Positions 17,399 through 31,502 of a stretch of 64,000 nucleotides of DNA are shown here, in pieces. The translations under genes and the position numbers were made by a program. Numbering within the stretch: position 1 is the first letter of the stretch; each line of letters begins with the position of its first letter. The DNA is from Methanonatronarchaeales archaeon (GTDB taxonomy: Archaea; Halobacteriota; Methanonatronarchaeia; JAANXF01), in NCBI GenBank assembly GCA_018263395.1, contig JAANXF010000016.1, positions 3,485-67,484 on the forward strand, written 5' to 3'. The notes under the pieces are model-generated. The model searched no databases. It was not told where the DNA came from and saw nothing but the letters and a program-made list of their open reading frames with translations.

Positions 17399-18541
17399 AT
17401 GCGCTTCGACTACCGCAACCCCGTCGACCTGCGCTTCGGGTGGGACCGGATCGGGGAGGCCGGCGAGGTGGCCCGGACCTGCGGCGATAGGGCCCTTCTC
17501 GTTACCGGCAGGCACTCCATGCAGAGACACGGCTTCCTTGACGAGCTGAGGGAGTCGCTGAACGCCGCGGCCGTGGAACACTTCTCCTTCGAGGAGGTGG
17601 GACCCAACCCGCTGACAGGCACGGTGGACCGTTGCGCCGACCTCGCCCGGGACGAGGGGTGCGACCTCGTCATCGGTCTGGGCGGCGGAAGCGCAATGGA
17701 CGCCGCCAAGGCGATAGCTGTCGCGGCCGTCGAGGGTCCGCCGTTCTGGCGGTTCGCTCCCGGCGGCGGCGGTGACCTGGAGGCGGCAGACGCTCTGCCC
17801 GTAATCTGTATTCCCAGCACCTCCGGCACAGGCAGCGAGGTGGACCAGTACACCATAATCTCTAACGGGGATACGGGCGAGAAGCTCGGGCTGGGCTCCG
17901 ACGCCTTGTTCCCCGCCGCTTCGATAGTCGACCCGGCGCTTCCCTCCACCATGCCGCCGCGCCTCACCGCGGTAACCGGCGTGGACGTGCTGATCCACGC
18001 CCTGGAGGCCCACGTCTCCCAGAAGGCTAACCCGGTGAGCGACGCTCTCTGTGTCGAATCAATGCGCCTCCTCGGACGAAACCTCGAAGACACCTACTCC
18101 GACCCGTCGAGGGAGTCAAGGACAGGGATGGCCACAGCGTCGACCCTAGCCGGGATGGCCATCTCCTCCGCCGGAACCGGGCTCGTCCACGCACTGGAGC
18201 ACCCCGTTAGCGGCAGACACCGCGACGTGGCTCACGCCGAGGGTCTCGCCGCACTGGCGCTGCCCGTTGTTGAGTTCAACCTCGGGGCCGCTGAGGAGAG
18301 GTATTCCAGTGCGGCGCACCTTCTGTCCGGGGGAGATTCGAGGGACGTTACCGGCGTTCTGCGGGACGTGCTGCACTCGCTCGATATGCCGACATCCCTT
18401 GAGGAACTCGGGGTCTCACGCGACGAGTTCCGAGGAATCGCCCGTGACGCCCTGCGCACCATGGGGGACGCGGTGGAGCACAACCCTCGAAGGGCCGACG
18501 AGGAGGAACTGGTTGAGCTCCTGGAAGCATCGGCGGACTAG
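17399..18541 (+). CDS. Iron-containing alcohol dehydrogenase family protein
   Basis: The GGGSAMDAAK NAD-binding motif and the metal-binding HALEHPVSGRH histidines. 380 aa. Confidence 0.8.
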   Translation: MRFDYRNPVDLRFGWDRIGEAGEVARTCGDRALLVTGRHSMQRHGFLDELRESLNAAAVEHFSFEEVGPNPLTGTVDRCADLARDEGCDLVIGLGGGSAMDAAKAIAVAAVEGPPFWRFAPGGGGDLEAADALPVICIPSTSGTGSEVDQYTIISNGDTGEKLGLGSDALFPAASIVDPALPSTMPPRLTAVTGVDVLIHALEAHVSQKANPVSDALCVESMRLLGRNLEDTYSDPSRESRTGMATASTLAGMAISSAGTGLVHALEHPVSGRHRDVAHAEGLAALALPVVEFNLGAAEERYSSAAHLLSGGDSRDVTGVLRDVLHSLDMPTSLEELGVSRDEFRGIARDALRTMGDAVEHNPRRADEEELVELLEASAD

Positions 18542-18629
18542 GCAAGGTTTAATGGTCCAGCGGGTAGAAGCAGTGGCCCGACCCGGACGCCGTTTAGGGA
18601 GGGAAGCACGGACGCGGGAAAGGGCTGTT

Positions 18630-18680
18630 CGAAAGGTATAATATGTCGTAAAACGATATATATATATATATTATCTGCGA
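18630..18680 (+). promoter_or_regulatory. rRNA operon promoter region: TATA-like AAAGGTATAATAT followed by a (TA)n tract; a second TATAAAAA box lies at about 18804
   Basis: gaaaggtataatatgtcgtaaaacgatatatatatatattatc is 160-210 nt upstream of the 16S 5' end. The processing-stem 5' strand (ATCTTGGTCGGCGG) lies between the two boxes. Confidence 0.4.
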
Positions 18681-18839
18681 AAATAGCCGCCGATGGCGGC
18701 GCAAAAACCATGAGGACCGGGGTAAGGCGTCACTGACACAAATGCATACCCGCCGGATCTGAGGTAAGCCTCGATAAGACGATAGATCTTGGTCGGCGGT
18801 GCTATAAAAACGCACCAAAGGAGAATGCACCCGCCATAA

Positions 18840-20324
<1,485 letters not shown>

Positions 20325-20374
20325 CGAAATACACCGTCCGACCAGGAGTCGAAACTTGTCGAGGCCGACGAAGG

Positions 20375-20518
20375 GGGCCCGTAGATCAGTGGTAGATCAC
20401 CACCTTTGCAGGCAACGAACTCGTTGCATCCGTGGCGGCACTTGCAGTGCCGCTATGAGTTGCGCAGGTTTGCTGCCAAAACAGGTGGAAGCCCTGGGTT
20501 CGAATCCCAGCGGGTCCA
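20375..20518 (+). tRNA. tRNA-Ala (TGC) in the 16S-23S spacer, with a putative 72-nt intron in the anticodon loop
   Basis: Acceptor GGGCCCG/CGGGTCC, D-arm GATC-AGTGGTA-GATC, anticodon stem CCACC...GGTGG (20400-20404 and 20484-20488), loop TTTGCAG, T-arm CTGGG-TTCGAAT-CCCAG. About 72 nt (20412-20483) are inserted between the anticodon loop and the 3' anticodon stem. CCA is not encoded. Confidence 0.55.
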
Positions 20519-20674
20519 TCGACGCGAGTCGATGGACAGACGGCCCGTTCAAAAAACTGTGGTAAAGTGCACCCTGGCCGTGAAAAGGTCAAGGGGAAGG
20601 GCAGACCCGGCCACCTCTTAGGCCGAGGGGCGGGGAAGGAAGCCGTGTAAAGGTCGCGATCCGGACGTAACTGA

Positions 20675-23800
<3,126 letters not shown>

Positions 23801-23964
23801 AGCGTCAAGCGGATCGCGACCGAACGTAGCCGTTCGATCTCTGGTGCCGTTGCCTGGCAACGGCACTACGGGTCATACCAGGGAGATAAGGCTTAACCTT
23901 CTGCCTCCTGATGTGTATTCCGCCGTTGCTTTGCAACGGCGCGTTCGTCGAGGTAACCACCTCG

Positions 23965-24036
23965 CGCCAGGGTGGCAGAGTGGTAATGCAGCGGCCTGCA
24001 GAGCCGCCTTTCTCCGGTTCAAATCCGGACCCTGGC
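23965..24036 (+). tRNA. tRNA-Cys (GCA) in the 23S-5S spacer
   Basis: GCCAGGG...anticodon arm GCGGC-CTGCAGA-GCCGC...T-arm CCGGTTCAAATCCGG...CCCTGGC-T. It folds as a canonical cloverleaf. Confidence 0.85.
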
Positions 24037-24091
24037 TTTTGAGCGCCCCGTCAATCGACGGGTAACGCTCATTTCCACCCTTCGAGGTGGA

Positions 24092-24217
24092 GGGTACGAC
24101 GGCCAAAGCGGCGGGGACACACCCGGACCCATTCCGAACCCGGAAGTTAAGTCCGCCCACGTTCCGCCCTGTACCGCGGTGCGAGAGCCCGTGGGAACTG
24201 CGGAAAGCCGTCGGCCC
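24092..24217 (+). rRNA. rrf: 5S rRNA (ends approximate)
   Basis: ...GGCGGGGACACACCCGGACCCATTCCGAACCCGGAAGTTAAG... matches the 5S loop B/C consensus. The terminal helix is GTACGACGGC / GCCGTCGG. Confidence 0.8.
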
Positions 24218-24308
24218 GCTAAACCTAAACCGGCGGACTGAGCGTTATTTATGGGCCGGGCAACGCCACCCCTGAACGTTCCTTGGCCGTGACAGGAGAA
24301 CGAGGTAT

Positions 24309-24854
24309 ATGTCGCACGTATTCGACCCGGAGAAGCTGAAGGTCCTCGAGGACGCGGGGCGGCTGGAGGAGCTTCCCGTCGAGGAGCTGACGGGGCACCT
24401 AGTTCCGGGCGACGTGCTGGACCTCGGTTGCGGCCCGGGTCTCTACACTTCAGCCGTGGCTGAGGTGATGGGTGGGCGCGTAATCGGTGCCGACCTGCAG
24501 CCCGAGATGCTGGACAGGTTTCGGAAGAGAGGCGTCCCTCAGAACGTCGAGCTGGTCAGGTGCATCGGCAGGGCCCTTCCGTACAGTGACGGTGCCCTGA
24601 CTTCCGTGGTGTCGGTCCACGTGCTGCACGAGTTCGCTGGCGACGGGACGCTCGAGGAGGTGTACCGGGTTCTCGGTGACGGCGGTGTCCTGGTCCTCGT
24701 GGATTGGCGAAAGCAGGAGATGGAGAGGGGGCCGCCTTTGGAGCACCGAATCAGCGTGGAGGAGGCGAGAGAGATGACGAGCTCGGCCGGCTTCTCTGTC
24801 GTGGAGGAGAGGCCCCTGGGTCCCTTTTACCTGTTGGTCTGCGTTAATGCGTAG
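24309..24854 (+). CDS. Class I SAM-dependent methyltransferase
   Basis: Motif I VLDLGCGPGLYT and motif II VLVLVD. 181 aa. Confidence 0.8.
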   Translation: MSHVFDPEKLKVLEDAGRLEELPVEELTGHLVPGDVLDLGCGPGLYTSAVAEVMGGRVIGADLQPEMLDRFRKRGVPQNVELVRCIGRALPYSDGALTSVVSVHVLHEFAGDGTLEEVYRVLGDGGVLVLVDWRKQEMERGPPLEHRISVEEAREMTSSAGFSVVEERPLGPFYLLVCVNA

Positions 24855-25713
24855 CATGCGTCTCCCGGTGCACGGGGACCGACTCCTTTCGGAGTTCCCT
24901 GTACGTCCGGAGAAAGCTATGGACCGCAGCGGCGTTCTCGTTGATTGTCAGGGCCTGTATCTGGTTCAATTCGTCGTGGAGAGCGACGAAGACCTGCCGG
25001 TCGCTGCCTTTCTCCGTCATCACCATCCCCCAGGGAAACTCTCTACCCAGGATGTGGAGCTCGAGGTTTCCGCTTTCAAAGACGTCCCTCACCTTGTCGG
25101 CGTGATAGGATTCGAGGTAACGGAGCACCTCTTCGGTCATCACGATTTCGGCTTCGAGGTTGCCCTCGCTTATTCGTCGGTGGAGCGGGTCCAGCAGCTC
25201 CGGTCGATGAATTCCCGCCACCGCCGTGAAGTGGTCGCATCGCCGCGTGGCCTCGAAGAGGGCGGTGCCGGGCTCCCCGGCCTCTTTTCTGGAGACGATT
25301 CGTCCGTCCAGCAGCAGGGCTGTATCCAGCTCGGAGCTATCGCCGAAGCCGGAGAATACGTCCCGGTGGTCGGCGAGTTCTTCCACGTTTTTCTCGAAGC
25401 GGCGGTACATCTGGAGAGCGAGCCTGCCGAACAGCGTCGACCTGTACCCCTCTAGAACCTCATCGACCAGCCCCTGCTCTACCAATTCGTCGAGGGCTCG
25501 GTGGGCCGTGGACCGTGAAACCCCGAGGTCCGCGATGATAGCCGACTTGTCTTTCGTTCCGGTTCTCAGGCACTCGACGAAGTCGGCGCGTTTCTCCACA
25601 AGGTTAATGAACGGTTCAGGCCCGGGCAACTTCAGTTCCCCTTCCAAGAGAGGCTTTAACCGGTACCTCCTTAACTGTTTCACCCCTTGAAACAGTTGAC
25701 CGGTTTCTGGCAA
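24844..25713 (-). CDS. Archaeal wHTH transcriptional regulator with C-terminal sensor-like domain (COG4742/DUF1724-like)
   Basis: N-terminal SAIIADLGVSRSTAHRALDELVEQGLV wHTH, followed by a roughly 200-aa domain common to methanogen regulators. Confidence 0.55.
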   Translation of the reverse strand: MPETGQLFQGVKQLRRYRLKPLLEGELKLPGPEPFINLVEKRADFVECLRTGTKDKSAIIADLGVSRSTAHRALDELVEQGLVDEVLEGYRSTLFGRLALQMYRRFEKNVEELADHRDVFSGFGDSSELDTALLLDGRIVSRKEAGEPGTALFEATRRCDHFTAVAGIHRPELLDPLHRRISEGNLEAEIVMTEEVLRYLESYHADKVRDVFESGNLELHILGREFPWGMVMTEKGSDRQVFVALHDELNQIQALTINENAAAVHSFLRTYRELRKESVPVHRETHATH

Positions 25714-25761
25714 AAATTGTCGGGAGGTGGAATAAAGGCGGTTCTGCCCTAAGAGGGTTTA

Positions 25762-27672
25762 ATGTCTCCACTGGCAGGGGGGAGAATTAGAAAGAGAATT
25801 AGAAAGGCTATATGGAGTAGAAGCAGGCATGAGCCGGGGAGATGCTTTAAAAAGGGAGTTAGTACGGCTCTCGCTCTTGTCATAGTTTTAGCCACGACAC
25901 CTGTGGTTTCAGCCGATATTCACCCAGGTGATTCAAAGCCTATGCTCCACGTCGGGTCAGCGGTTACGGGGGTGTGGTGGCAGTGGGGGGCAATCGAGGG
26001 AACTACGGAAATCGAGGGTGTAGGCGACCCTGACTATCATATCTATTTTGTGTGGGAACATGATGGGCATAACAGTCAACAAGGGGAAGGTGAGACGCGA
26101 TCTAATACGGGTGATAAAGCTGATCACGCTTGGGCCGGGGAGATGAACATAAACGACTTGGTGCTCGATGATACAAGGCCAGTTGATGAGTATGGCCGCC
26201 AACGCACGCCGTACGATCACTACGAGATGAACGCGGTAGATTTTGATAAGTACTCTGGAATTTGGTACGAACACATCCACTGCTCCCCTGAGCAAGACCT
26301 AACGTTGAAGGTCGTCGTAACAGAGGTTGACGGCAGTTACGAAACGGCATCGACTGTTGCAGGTGTCATTGCAGGTATCGGTGTGGGCGCTCTTGCTGGG
26401 GGACTCGGCGGTACCGCCGCGGGTACTGGGGTGTCTGAGCTGGTTAAGGCGTTGGGGGACGACGAACTCGTTGCAACCGGTGCCGCTAAACTTAACCAAC
26501 ACGGAAAGACCTTCATTGACCTAAAGGCGACACAGGATTTCGGTACTCTCGGGCCGAAAAAGGGGGAGCTAGTTGCTGATCTGGTCGTCGAGACTAGGAC
26601 TACTCCTGCGCCAGAGCACAAACACGGCGATGAGTGCGGCAGTACAGACGGAACCTCTAAGAAAAAGACGCTCCTCGACGAGGGTAAAAAGGCTAAAGAC
26701 ACCTACAACGCCAACCTCGACCAAGTTCCGGGCCCCCTTCGCGCCCTCGTCGGAGACGAGAGGATATCTGTCACTATCGAGCCGTCGGATGAGCTCGATG
26801 AAATCGATTTTCCAAGCTCTTCAGAGATAGAGGTAGAGCTATCGCCACCAGTACCCGCGGATTCTTCTCCTTTGGAGGAGCGGCAGGTAGAGTGGATAGA
26901 TAACGTATTCAGCCCCGAGGATGTGGTGGTTGGAGATTTCAACGGCGACGGAAGGGATACCGTCCGGAGATGGAACGGGGACGGGTTCGAGGAACCACCC
27001 GTCGTAGAACTCGATCCGGAGGATGTCGAAAACCTGCGTTTGGGTAAATGGTCCTGGGGAGAAAACGTGTCGCCCGTCGCCGGCGATTTCGACGGGGACG
27101 GCAAGGACTCCTTCGGTGTGGTGGATGAAGATCGTGTGGTGGATATCAGTGGATGGCCCGAGCACCCAGAGCAAACCCCGAAATCGACCCCGAAGGTGAA
27201 CACTCCCGAACGTTTTCTTGACTACAATCCTATGAGATTGGTGATCATCGTCATCGGCGACGTCGTTGCTGGCGATTTCAATTTAGACGAAATTCCTGTG
27301 AGGTTTATAGAAAAAAATGGAGAGCCAGAGCCTGCCATGAATCGTCATGTCACTGTCGTTGCCACGCCGCAGTCATTTAACAATTCGTACACCGTCGGTG
27401 ATTTCGACGGCGACGGAAGGGACACCATCAAAGTGCTGGATTCGGAAGCGGGGGAGTGGATTGAAATCGACGGCCCCGAGGACTTCTCTGAAAATTGGGA
27501 AGGGGACCCTTCCCTTGACCTCCCGCCGATTGTCGGTGATTTCGACGGAAACGGGAGAGACATGATTCACGTATGGAACCCGGAGACAAAGGAGTACGAG
27601 GAGGTTCCGGACTACGTCGTCGAGGTCCTCGGCCTCCCGTCGGGCCAGGAAGCAACCCCCCCAGATCGATAA
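25762..27672 (+). CDS. Secreted protein with FG-GAP/VCBS-like Ca-binding repeats
   Basis: A signal-like N-terminus ...ALALVIVLATTPVVSA|D. There are at least five repeats of the GDFNGDGRD / GDFDGDGKD / GDFDGNGRD type. The gene's GC is clearly lower than its surroundings. Confidence 0.7.
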   Translation: MSPLAGGRIRKRIRKAIWSRSRHEPGRCFKKGVSTALALVIVLATTPVVSADIHPGDSKPMLHVGSAVTGVWWQWGAIEGTTEIEGVGDPDYHIYFVWEHDGHNSQQGEGETRSNTGDKADHAWAGEMNINDLVLDDTRPVDEYGRQRTPYDHYEMNAVDFDKYSGIWYEHIHCSPEQDLTLKVVVTEVDGSYETASTVAGVIAGIGVGALAGGLGGTAAGTGVSELVKALGDDELVATGAAKLNQHGKTFIDLKATQDFGTLGPKKGELVADLVVETRTTPAPEHKHGDECGSTDGTSKKKTLLDEGKKAKDTYNANLDQVPGPLRALVGDERISVTIEPSDELDEIDFPSSSEIEVELSPPVPADSSPLEERQVEWIDNVFSPEDVVVGDFNGDGRDTVRRWNGDGFEEPPVVELDPEDVENLRLGKWSWGENVSPVAGDFDGDGKDSFGVVDEDRVVDISGWPEHPEQTPKSTPKVNTPERFLDYNPMRLVIIVIGDVVAGDFNLDEIPVRFIEKNGEPEPAMNRHVTVVATPQSFNNSYTVGDFDGDGRDTIKVLDSEAGEWIEIDGPEDFSENWEGDPSLDLPPIVGDFDGNGRDMIHVWNPETKEYEEVPDYVVEVLGLPSGQEATPPDR

Positions 27673-27718
27673 ACTGGAGGAGCCACTGAGGATAGGGATA
27701 ACCACCGATGGGGGCAAG

Positions 27719-27958
27719 GTGACGGACCTCTCTGAGGGTGGGTTGGATAACCCTACTGCGACCGCGGAGCTGTCGGAGGCCCTGGCGTGGGAGATAGCTC
27801 TCTCAGACGACCCCGGAAAAGCCACGCTCAGGGCGATAAACGACGGCAAGGTGCGGTACGAATCACACCGCAGCGCCGGCATAGGAGAGAAAGTGAAGAC
27901 CGAGGCCGCCAAGATAGCCATCAAGGTGTACTTCATAATAAGCGACTTCATCGGATGA
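27719..27958 (+). CDS. Hypothetical small protein (79 aa)
   Basis: An ORF whose stop overlaps the ATGATG start of the next gene. No domain recognised. Confidence 0.3.
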   Translation: MTDLSEGGLDNPTATAELSEALAWEIALSDDPGKATLRAINDGKVRYESHRSAGIGEKVKTEAAKIAIKVYFIISDFIG

Positions 27959-29841
27959 TGGAAAAGCGTCCTCCCTCGTTAGGCCGAATTGCCCCACGGA
28001 GCTGGTCGTTGATGGAGCGGTTGCCACGGCTAAAAATCTACTCCCAAAAAATTTGGCTTCCCACGTCGCTCCTCGCAACTCTCGCTCTCGTGCTCCTATT
28101 CGTCCCGGCGGTGTCGGCGGCGGGGACTCCAAACTATCCTGGTGGCATGACATTTGCGGGCAACGGCGACCGGGTCATCGATGGTATTTCCCTGACGGAG
28201 GGAGACCTGTCGGTACGGATCGAGCACTCCACGGGGGCGGAGAACTCGTACTTCAGCGTCAACCTCTACCAAGACAACGACCTGGACGGTATCTACGTCT
28301 CGGAGTGGACAGCTGACGGGATCGTTGTAAGTGACGATGTCCCCGTATCGGACCTTTTCCATGCCGCATATGAGGATGCCCAGAGCGTCGACAGTGTGGT
28401 CAACACCACCTCAATCGGTGGGAAGGCGAGGCTGGAGGTGGAGGCAGAGGGCGAGTGGAGAGTCACCCTGGAGGAGCACCCCCGGCCCATGCACAGTATC
28501 GAGGGACGGGTCGTCCCGGGAAACGGCTCGGATGGAGATCTTCTGGACAGCAACGCGACGGTGGTGGCGGTGAGCCCGGAAGGGGAGAGGTACGAATCGG
28601 AAACCAACAATTACGGGTCGTTCGCCGTGGACGTGTATGGGTTCACCAATTACACCCTGACCGCCGATGCGCCGGGATACGTCCCCTCCTCTCGTGGTGT
28701 CACGGTTTCTCGGCAGGACTTCCTGGACCTGGGGTACCCCTCGTGGGCCGTGGACATCGGCACCATTCGCCTCGGCGAGGAAGTCGAGGAAGCTGACATC
28801 GAGGTCGAGGTTCACGGTCCAGCCGGGGCCCTGGCCGGCGTAACGATTGATTACAGCGTCGAATTGAAGAACAAAGGACCGAGCGACGCGACCAACGTCG
28901 TGGTCCTGCACCAGACTGGGGTGTACGGACGGGCAGGCGATGTGGAGGTCATCGATACCTCGAGCAGTGGGGGCAGTTCTGTAGTCCAGAAAGGAGGGTC
29001 AATCAGGTCTGTCGAGTGGGTCGTCCCTCGCCTCGACTCTGGAGAGACAACTACCCTGGAAACCCGGCTCCGCATCTCGAACGTTACGGAGAAGGCGACG
29101 GTCTCCAGCGAGGCGACAATGGTTATGAGTGATGTGTCCTTCGAGGGGCCAGTCCTGTGGAACGACCCGAACAGCGGGAACAACGTCGATTCCGTCGAAA
29201 CGGATATTGCCCTCGTAAGGGTCTCCGAAGAGACCGAAACGTCGGCTGAGATGGAGAAACCGGAGGAGTTCGAGGTAACGGTAGACCCGGCCTCCACGTA
29301 TCTCAGGACCAGCGGGGAATCCGCAGGTGACGCACTTCCGATATCGTTACAGGAGAGGGGCATCGAGCCGGGTGATGTGATCACGGTGGAAAGGATCGGT
29401 ACCTGGGGTACGGGAAGCGGGGAGGAGGGGCGAGGCGTAATCGGTGTGTTCAGCGCAACTGACGAGGTCATGGGGCCAGAGGAGGTCAATCGTGTGCCGG
29501 GCGCCGTCGATGCTGGTCTCGAAGTCGAAACCGGGCTCACGTGGTTCGGGGAGAGGAGCACGGACATCCCCGAGGACTTCTCCGTCGCAGACAGCGAGGG
29601 AACCCGTAACCGGGTCACCGTTACGGTTCCTGAGGGAGCGAGGTACCTGTTCGTCGCGGCGAACGATGTACTCTACGAGGATAATTCTGGAAGTTTCACC
29701 ATCCGGGTAACGGTGAAAAAATCTGGGGAAGAGGCGACAGGGACGCCGGGCTTCGGGACCCCCGTCTCGATGGCCGCACTGATGGCCGCAGCGGCAGCCC
29801 TGGCGCGGACCCGACGCCGCAGGAGAGGAGACAGTAGGTGA
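27955..29841 (+). CDS. Surface protein with DUF11/CARDB-like repeat domain and PGF-CTERM archaeosortase sorting signal
   Basis: Signal peptide ...LATLALVLLFVPAVSAAG. DUF11-like HGPAGALAGVTIDYSVELKNKGPSDATNVVVLHQ. The C-terminus TPGFGTPVSMAALMAAAAALARTRRRRRGDSR is a PGF motif, a TM helix and a basic tail. Start is 27955 or 28012. Confidence 0.7.
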   Translation: MMEKRPPSLGRIAPRSWSLMERLPRLKIYSQKIWLPTSLLATLALVLLFVPAVSAAGTPNYPGGMTFAGNGDRVIDGISLTEGDLSVRIEHSTGAENSYFSVNLYQDNDLDGIYVSEWTADGIVVSDDVPVSDLFHAAYEDAQSVDSVVNTTSIGGKARLEVEAEGEWRVTLEEHPRPMHSIEGRVVPGNGSDGDLLDSNATVVAVSPEGERYESETNNYGSFAVDVYGFTNYTLTADAPGYVPSSRGVTVSRQDFLDLGYPSWAVDIGTIRLGEEVEEADIEVEVHGPAGALAGVTIDYSVELKNKGPSDATNVVVLHQTGVYGRAGDVEVIDTSSSGGSSVVQKGGSIRSVEWVVPRLDSGETTTLETRLRISNVTEKATVSSEATMVMSDVSFEGPVLWNDPNSGNNVDSVETDIALVRVSEETETSAEMEKPEEFEVTVDPASTYLRTSGESAGDALPISLQERGIEPGDVITVERIGTWGTGSGEEGRGVIGVFSATDEVMGPEEVNRVPGAVDAGLEVETGLTWFGERSTDIPEDFSVADSEGTRNRVTVTVPEGARYLFVAANDVLYEDNSGSFTIRVTVKKSGEEATGTPGFGTPVSMAALMAAAAALARTRRRRRGDSR

Positions 29842-31472
29842 GGAATGTGAAGAGTAGAATCAGAACTGGGGATGGAGAGGGTACGCATCGATTGAAATCT
29901 TTCTGCAGTAGGAGAGGGCTTTCCGCTCTCGCCGCCGTCCTATTCCTCGTCTCCCTTAGCACCCCGGCCGCGGCTGCGAACTCCCCCGACACCTGGTCCG
30001 CGCTGTACGGCGGCGACGGAGGCGAGGAGATGGAGGGGGTCTGGGCCACTGATGACGGCGGGTTCGTCGTGGTGGGTGCGACGGAGTCCTTTGGCGAGGG
30101 GAAGGGGGACGCCTGGGTGGTGAAGCTGGACGGGGCCGGCGGGGTGGAGTGGCAGAAGACCTACGGCGGTTCGGGGACGGATTTCGCCACCGACGTGAGG
30201 GGAACCGACGGCGGCGGATACGTCGTGGCGGGATGGACGGAGTCGTTCGGCGAGGGGAAGTCGGATTTCTGGCTGCTAAAGCTGGACGGCGGGGGTGACG
30301 TGGAGTGGCAGAGGACCTACGGCAGCGAGGGTGAAGAGCAGGCCTGGTCGGTGGACGTTACCGGCGACGGCGGCTACGTGGTGGCCGGTGGCTCCACCTC
30401 GTTCGGGGACGGAGGCTTGCTGGGTTCTGCTGATGCGGACTTCTGGGTGTTGAAGCTAGATTCCTCGGGTGACGTCGAGTGGCAGAAGGTCATTGGGGGC
30501 CCGGAGAACGACGGGGGAGGCGGGGAGTACGGAGAGTACGTCGTCAGGGTCTTGGAGGACGAGGATGGGAACTACGTGGTGGCGAGCGACACGGACTCCT
30601 TCGGGTCAGGCGGTAGGGACGTCTGGGTAGTGAAGCTCGACTCCGTGGGAGAGGTGATGTGGCAGAGGGCTTACGGCGGCCAGTACGGCGAGTCCACCTG
30701 GATGTTCCGGGAGGCCGCCGACGGTGGATATATCGTGCCCGGCGTGACGGAGACCTTCAGCCCGGACGAGAGCGGCGATCTCTGGGTCCTGAAGCTGGAC
30801 ACCGCCGGAGACGTTGAATGGGAGAGGGTATACGGCCTGGAGACGTACTGGGACGAGGCAATTTCCGTAGGCGCCACGGAGGACGGAGGCGCGATAGTGG
30901 GTGGTTACTACGAGGAGGGGGAGGAGGACTGGGACCTAACCCTTCTTCGAGTAGGTCCCGACGGCGACCTGCAGTGGTCCCGGGTCCACGAGTACGGCTG
31001 GGACTGGCCCAACGCCGTGCAGGAGCTGCCGGACGGAGGATACGTCATGGCCGGCGTGGGGGCCCTGTACGACCAGGACCTGCCGGAGGATCTATGGGTC
31101 ATGCGGCTGTCGAGGGACGGAACCATCGGGTCCTGCGGCCACGGCCGGGACCTCTCCCTGACCGTGGAGGAGACGGACGCGACGGTCACGGAGACGGACG
31201 CCTCGGTGCGGGATACCTACGCCACGCCGCGGGAGAGTGCGGCTGTGGTGGGGGAGACCTCTGCGGAACCGGACTACCTGTGCGGTGGATCGATGGGGAC
31301 CGACCCAGGTACGGAGCGGGAAAGTCCAGGGGCTCCCGAGGACTCCTCCGAATCCACTGGGGCTACCGGAGAGGCGGATGTCAGCGACGAGGAGGCTCCG
31401 GGGTTCTCTCTCCTCCTGGGAGTTCTCGCTATGTTCGGTGTATCCCTCTACGTACGTATTAGAGACAGGTAG
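29838..31472 (+). CDS. Beta-propeller repeat (SBBP-like) surface protein with PGF-CTERM
   Basis: About 50-aa repeats (YGGxGxDxAxxVxxTxDGGYVVAGxTxSFGxGxxDxWVxKLDxxGxVEWQKTYGG) occur eight or more times. The C-terminus EEAPGFSLLLGVLAMFGVSLYVRIRDR is a PGF-CTERM. An alternative TTG start at 29892 gives a better signal peptide (MKSFCSRRGLSALAAVLFLVSLSTPAAAA). Confidence 0.7.
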   Translation: MRNVKSRIRTGDGEGTHRLKSFCSRRGLSALAAVLFLVSLSTPAAAANSPDTWSALYGGDGGEEMEGVWATDDGGFVVVGATESFGEGKGDAWVVKLDGAGGVEWQKTYGGSGTDFATDVRGTDGGGYVVAGWTESFGEGKSDFWLLKLDGGGDVEWQRTYGSEGEEQAWSVDVTGDGGYVVAGGSTSFGDGGLLGSADADFWVLKLDSSGDVEWQKVIGGPENDGGGGEYGEYVVRVLEDEDGNYVVASDTDSFGSGGRDVWVVKLDSVGEVMWQRAYGGQYGESTWMFREAADGGYIVPGVTETFSPDESGDLWVLKLDTAGDVEWERVYGLETYWDEAISVGATEDGGAIVGGYYEEGEEDWDLTLLRVGPDGDLQWSRVHEYGWDWPNAVQELPDGGYVMAGVGALYDQDLPEDLWVMRLSRDGTIGSCGHGRDLSLTVEETDATVTETDASVRDTYATPRESAAVVGETSAEPDYLCGGSMGTDPGTERESPGAPEDSSESTGATGEADVSDEEAPGFSLLLGVLAMFGVSLYVRIRDR

Positions 31473-31502
31473 GTCTGGGGCTCCGCCGAGAACTCCCGCC
31501 GG

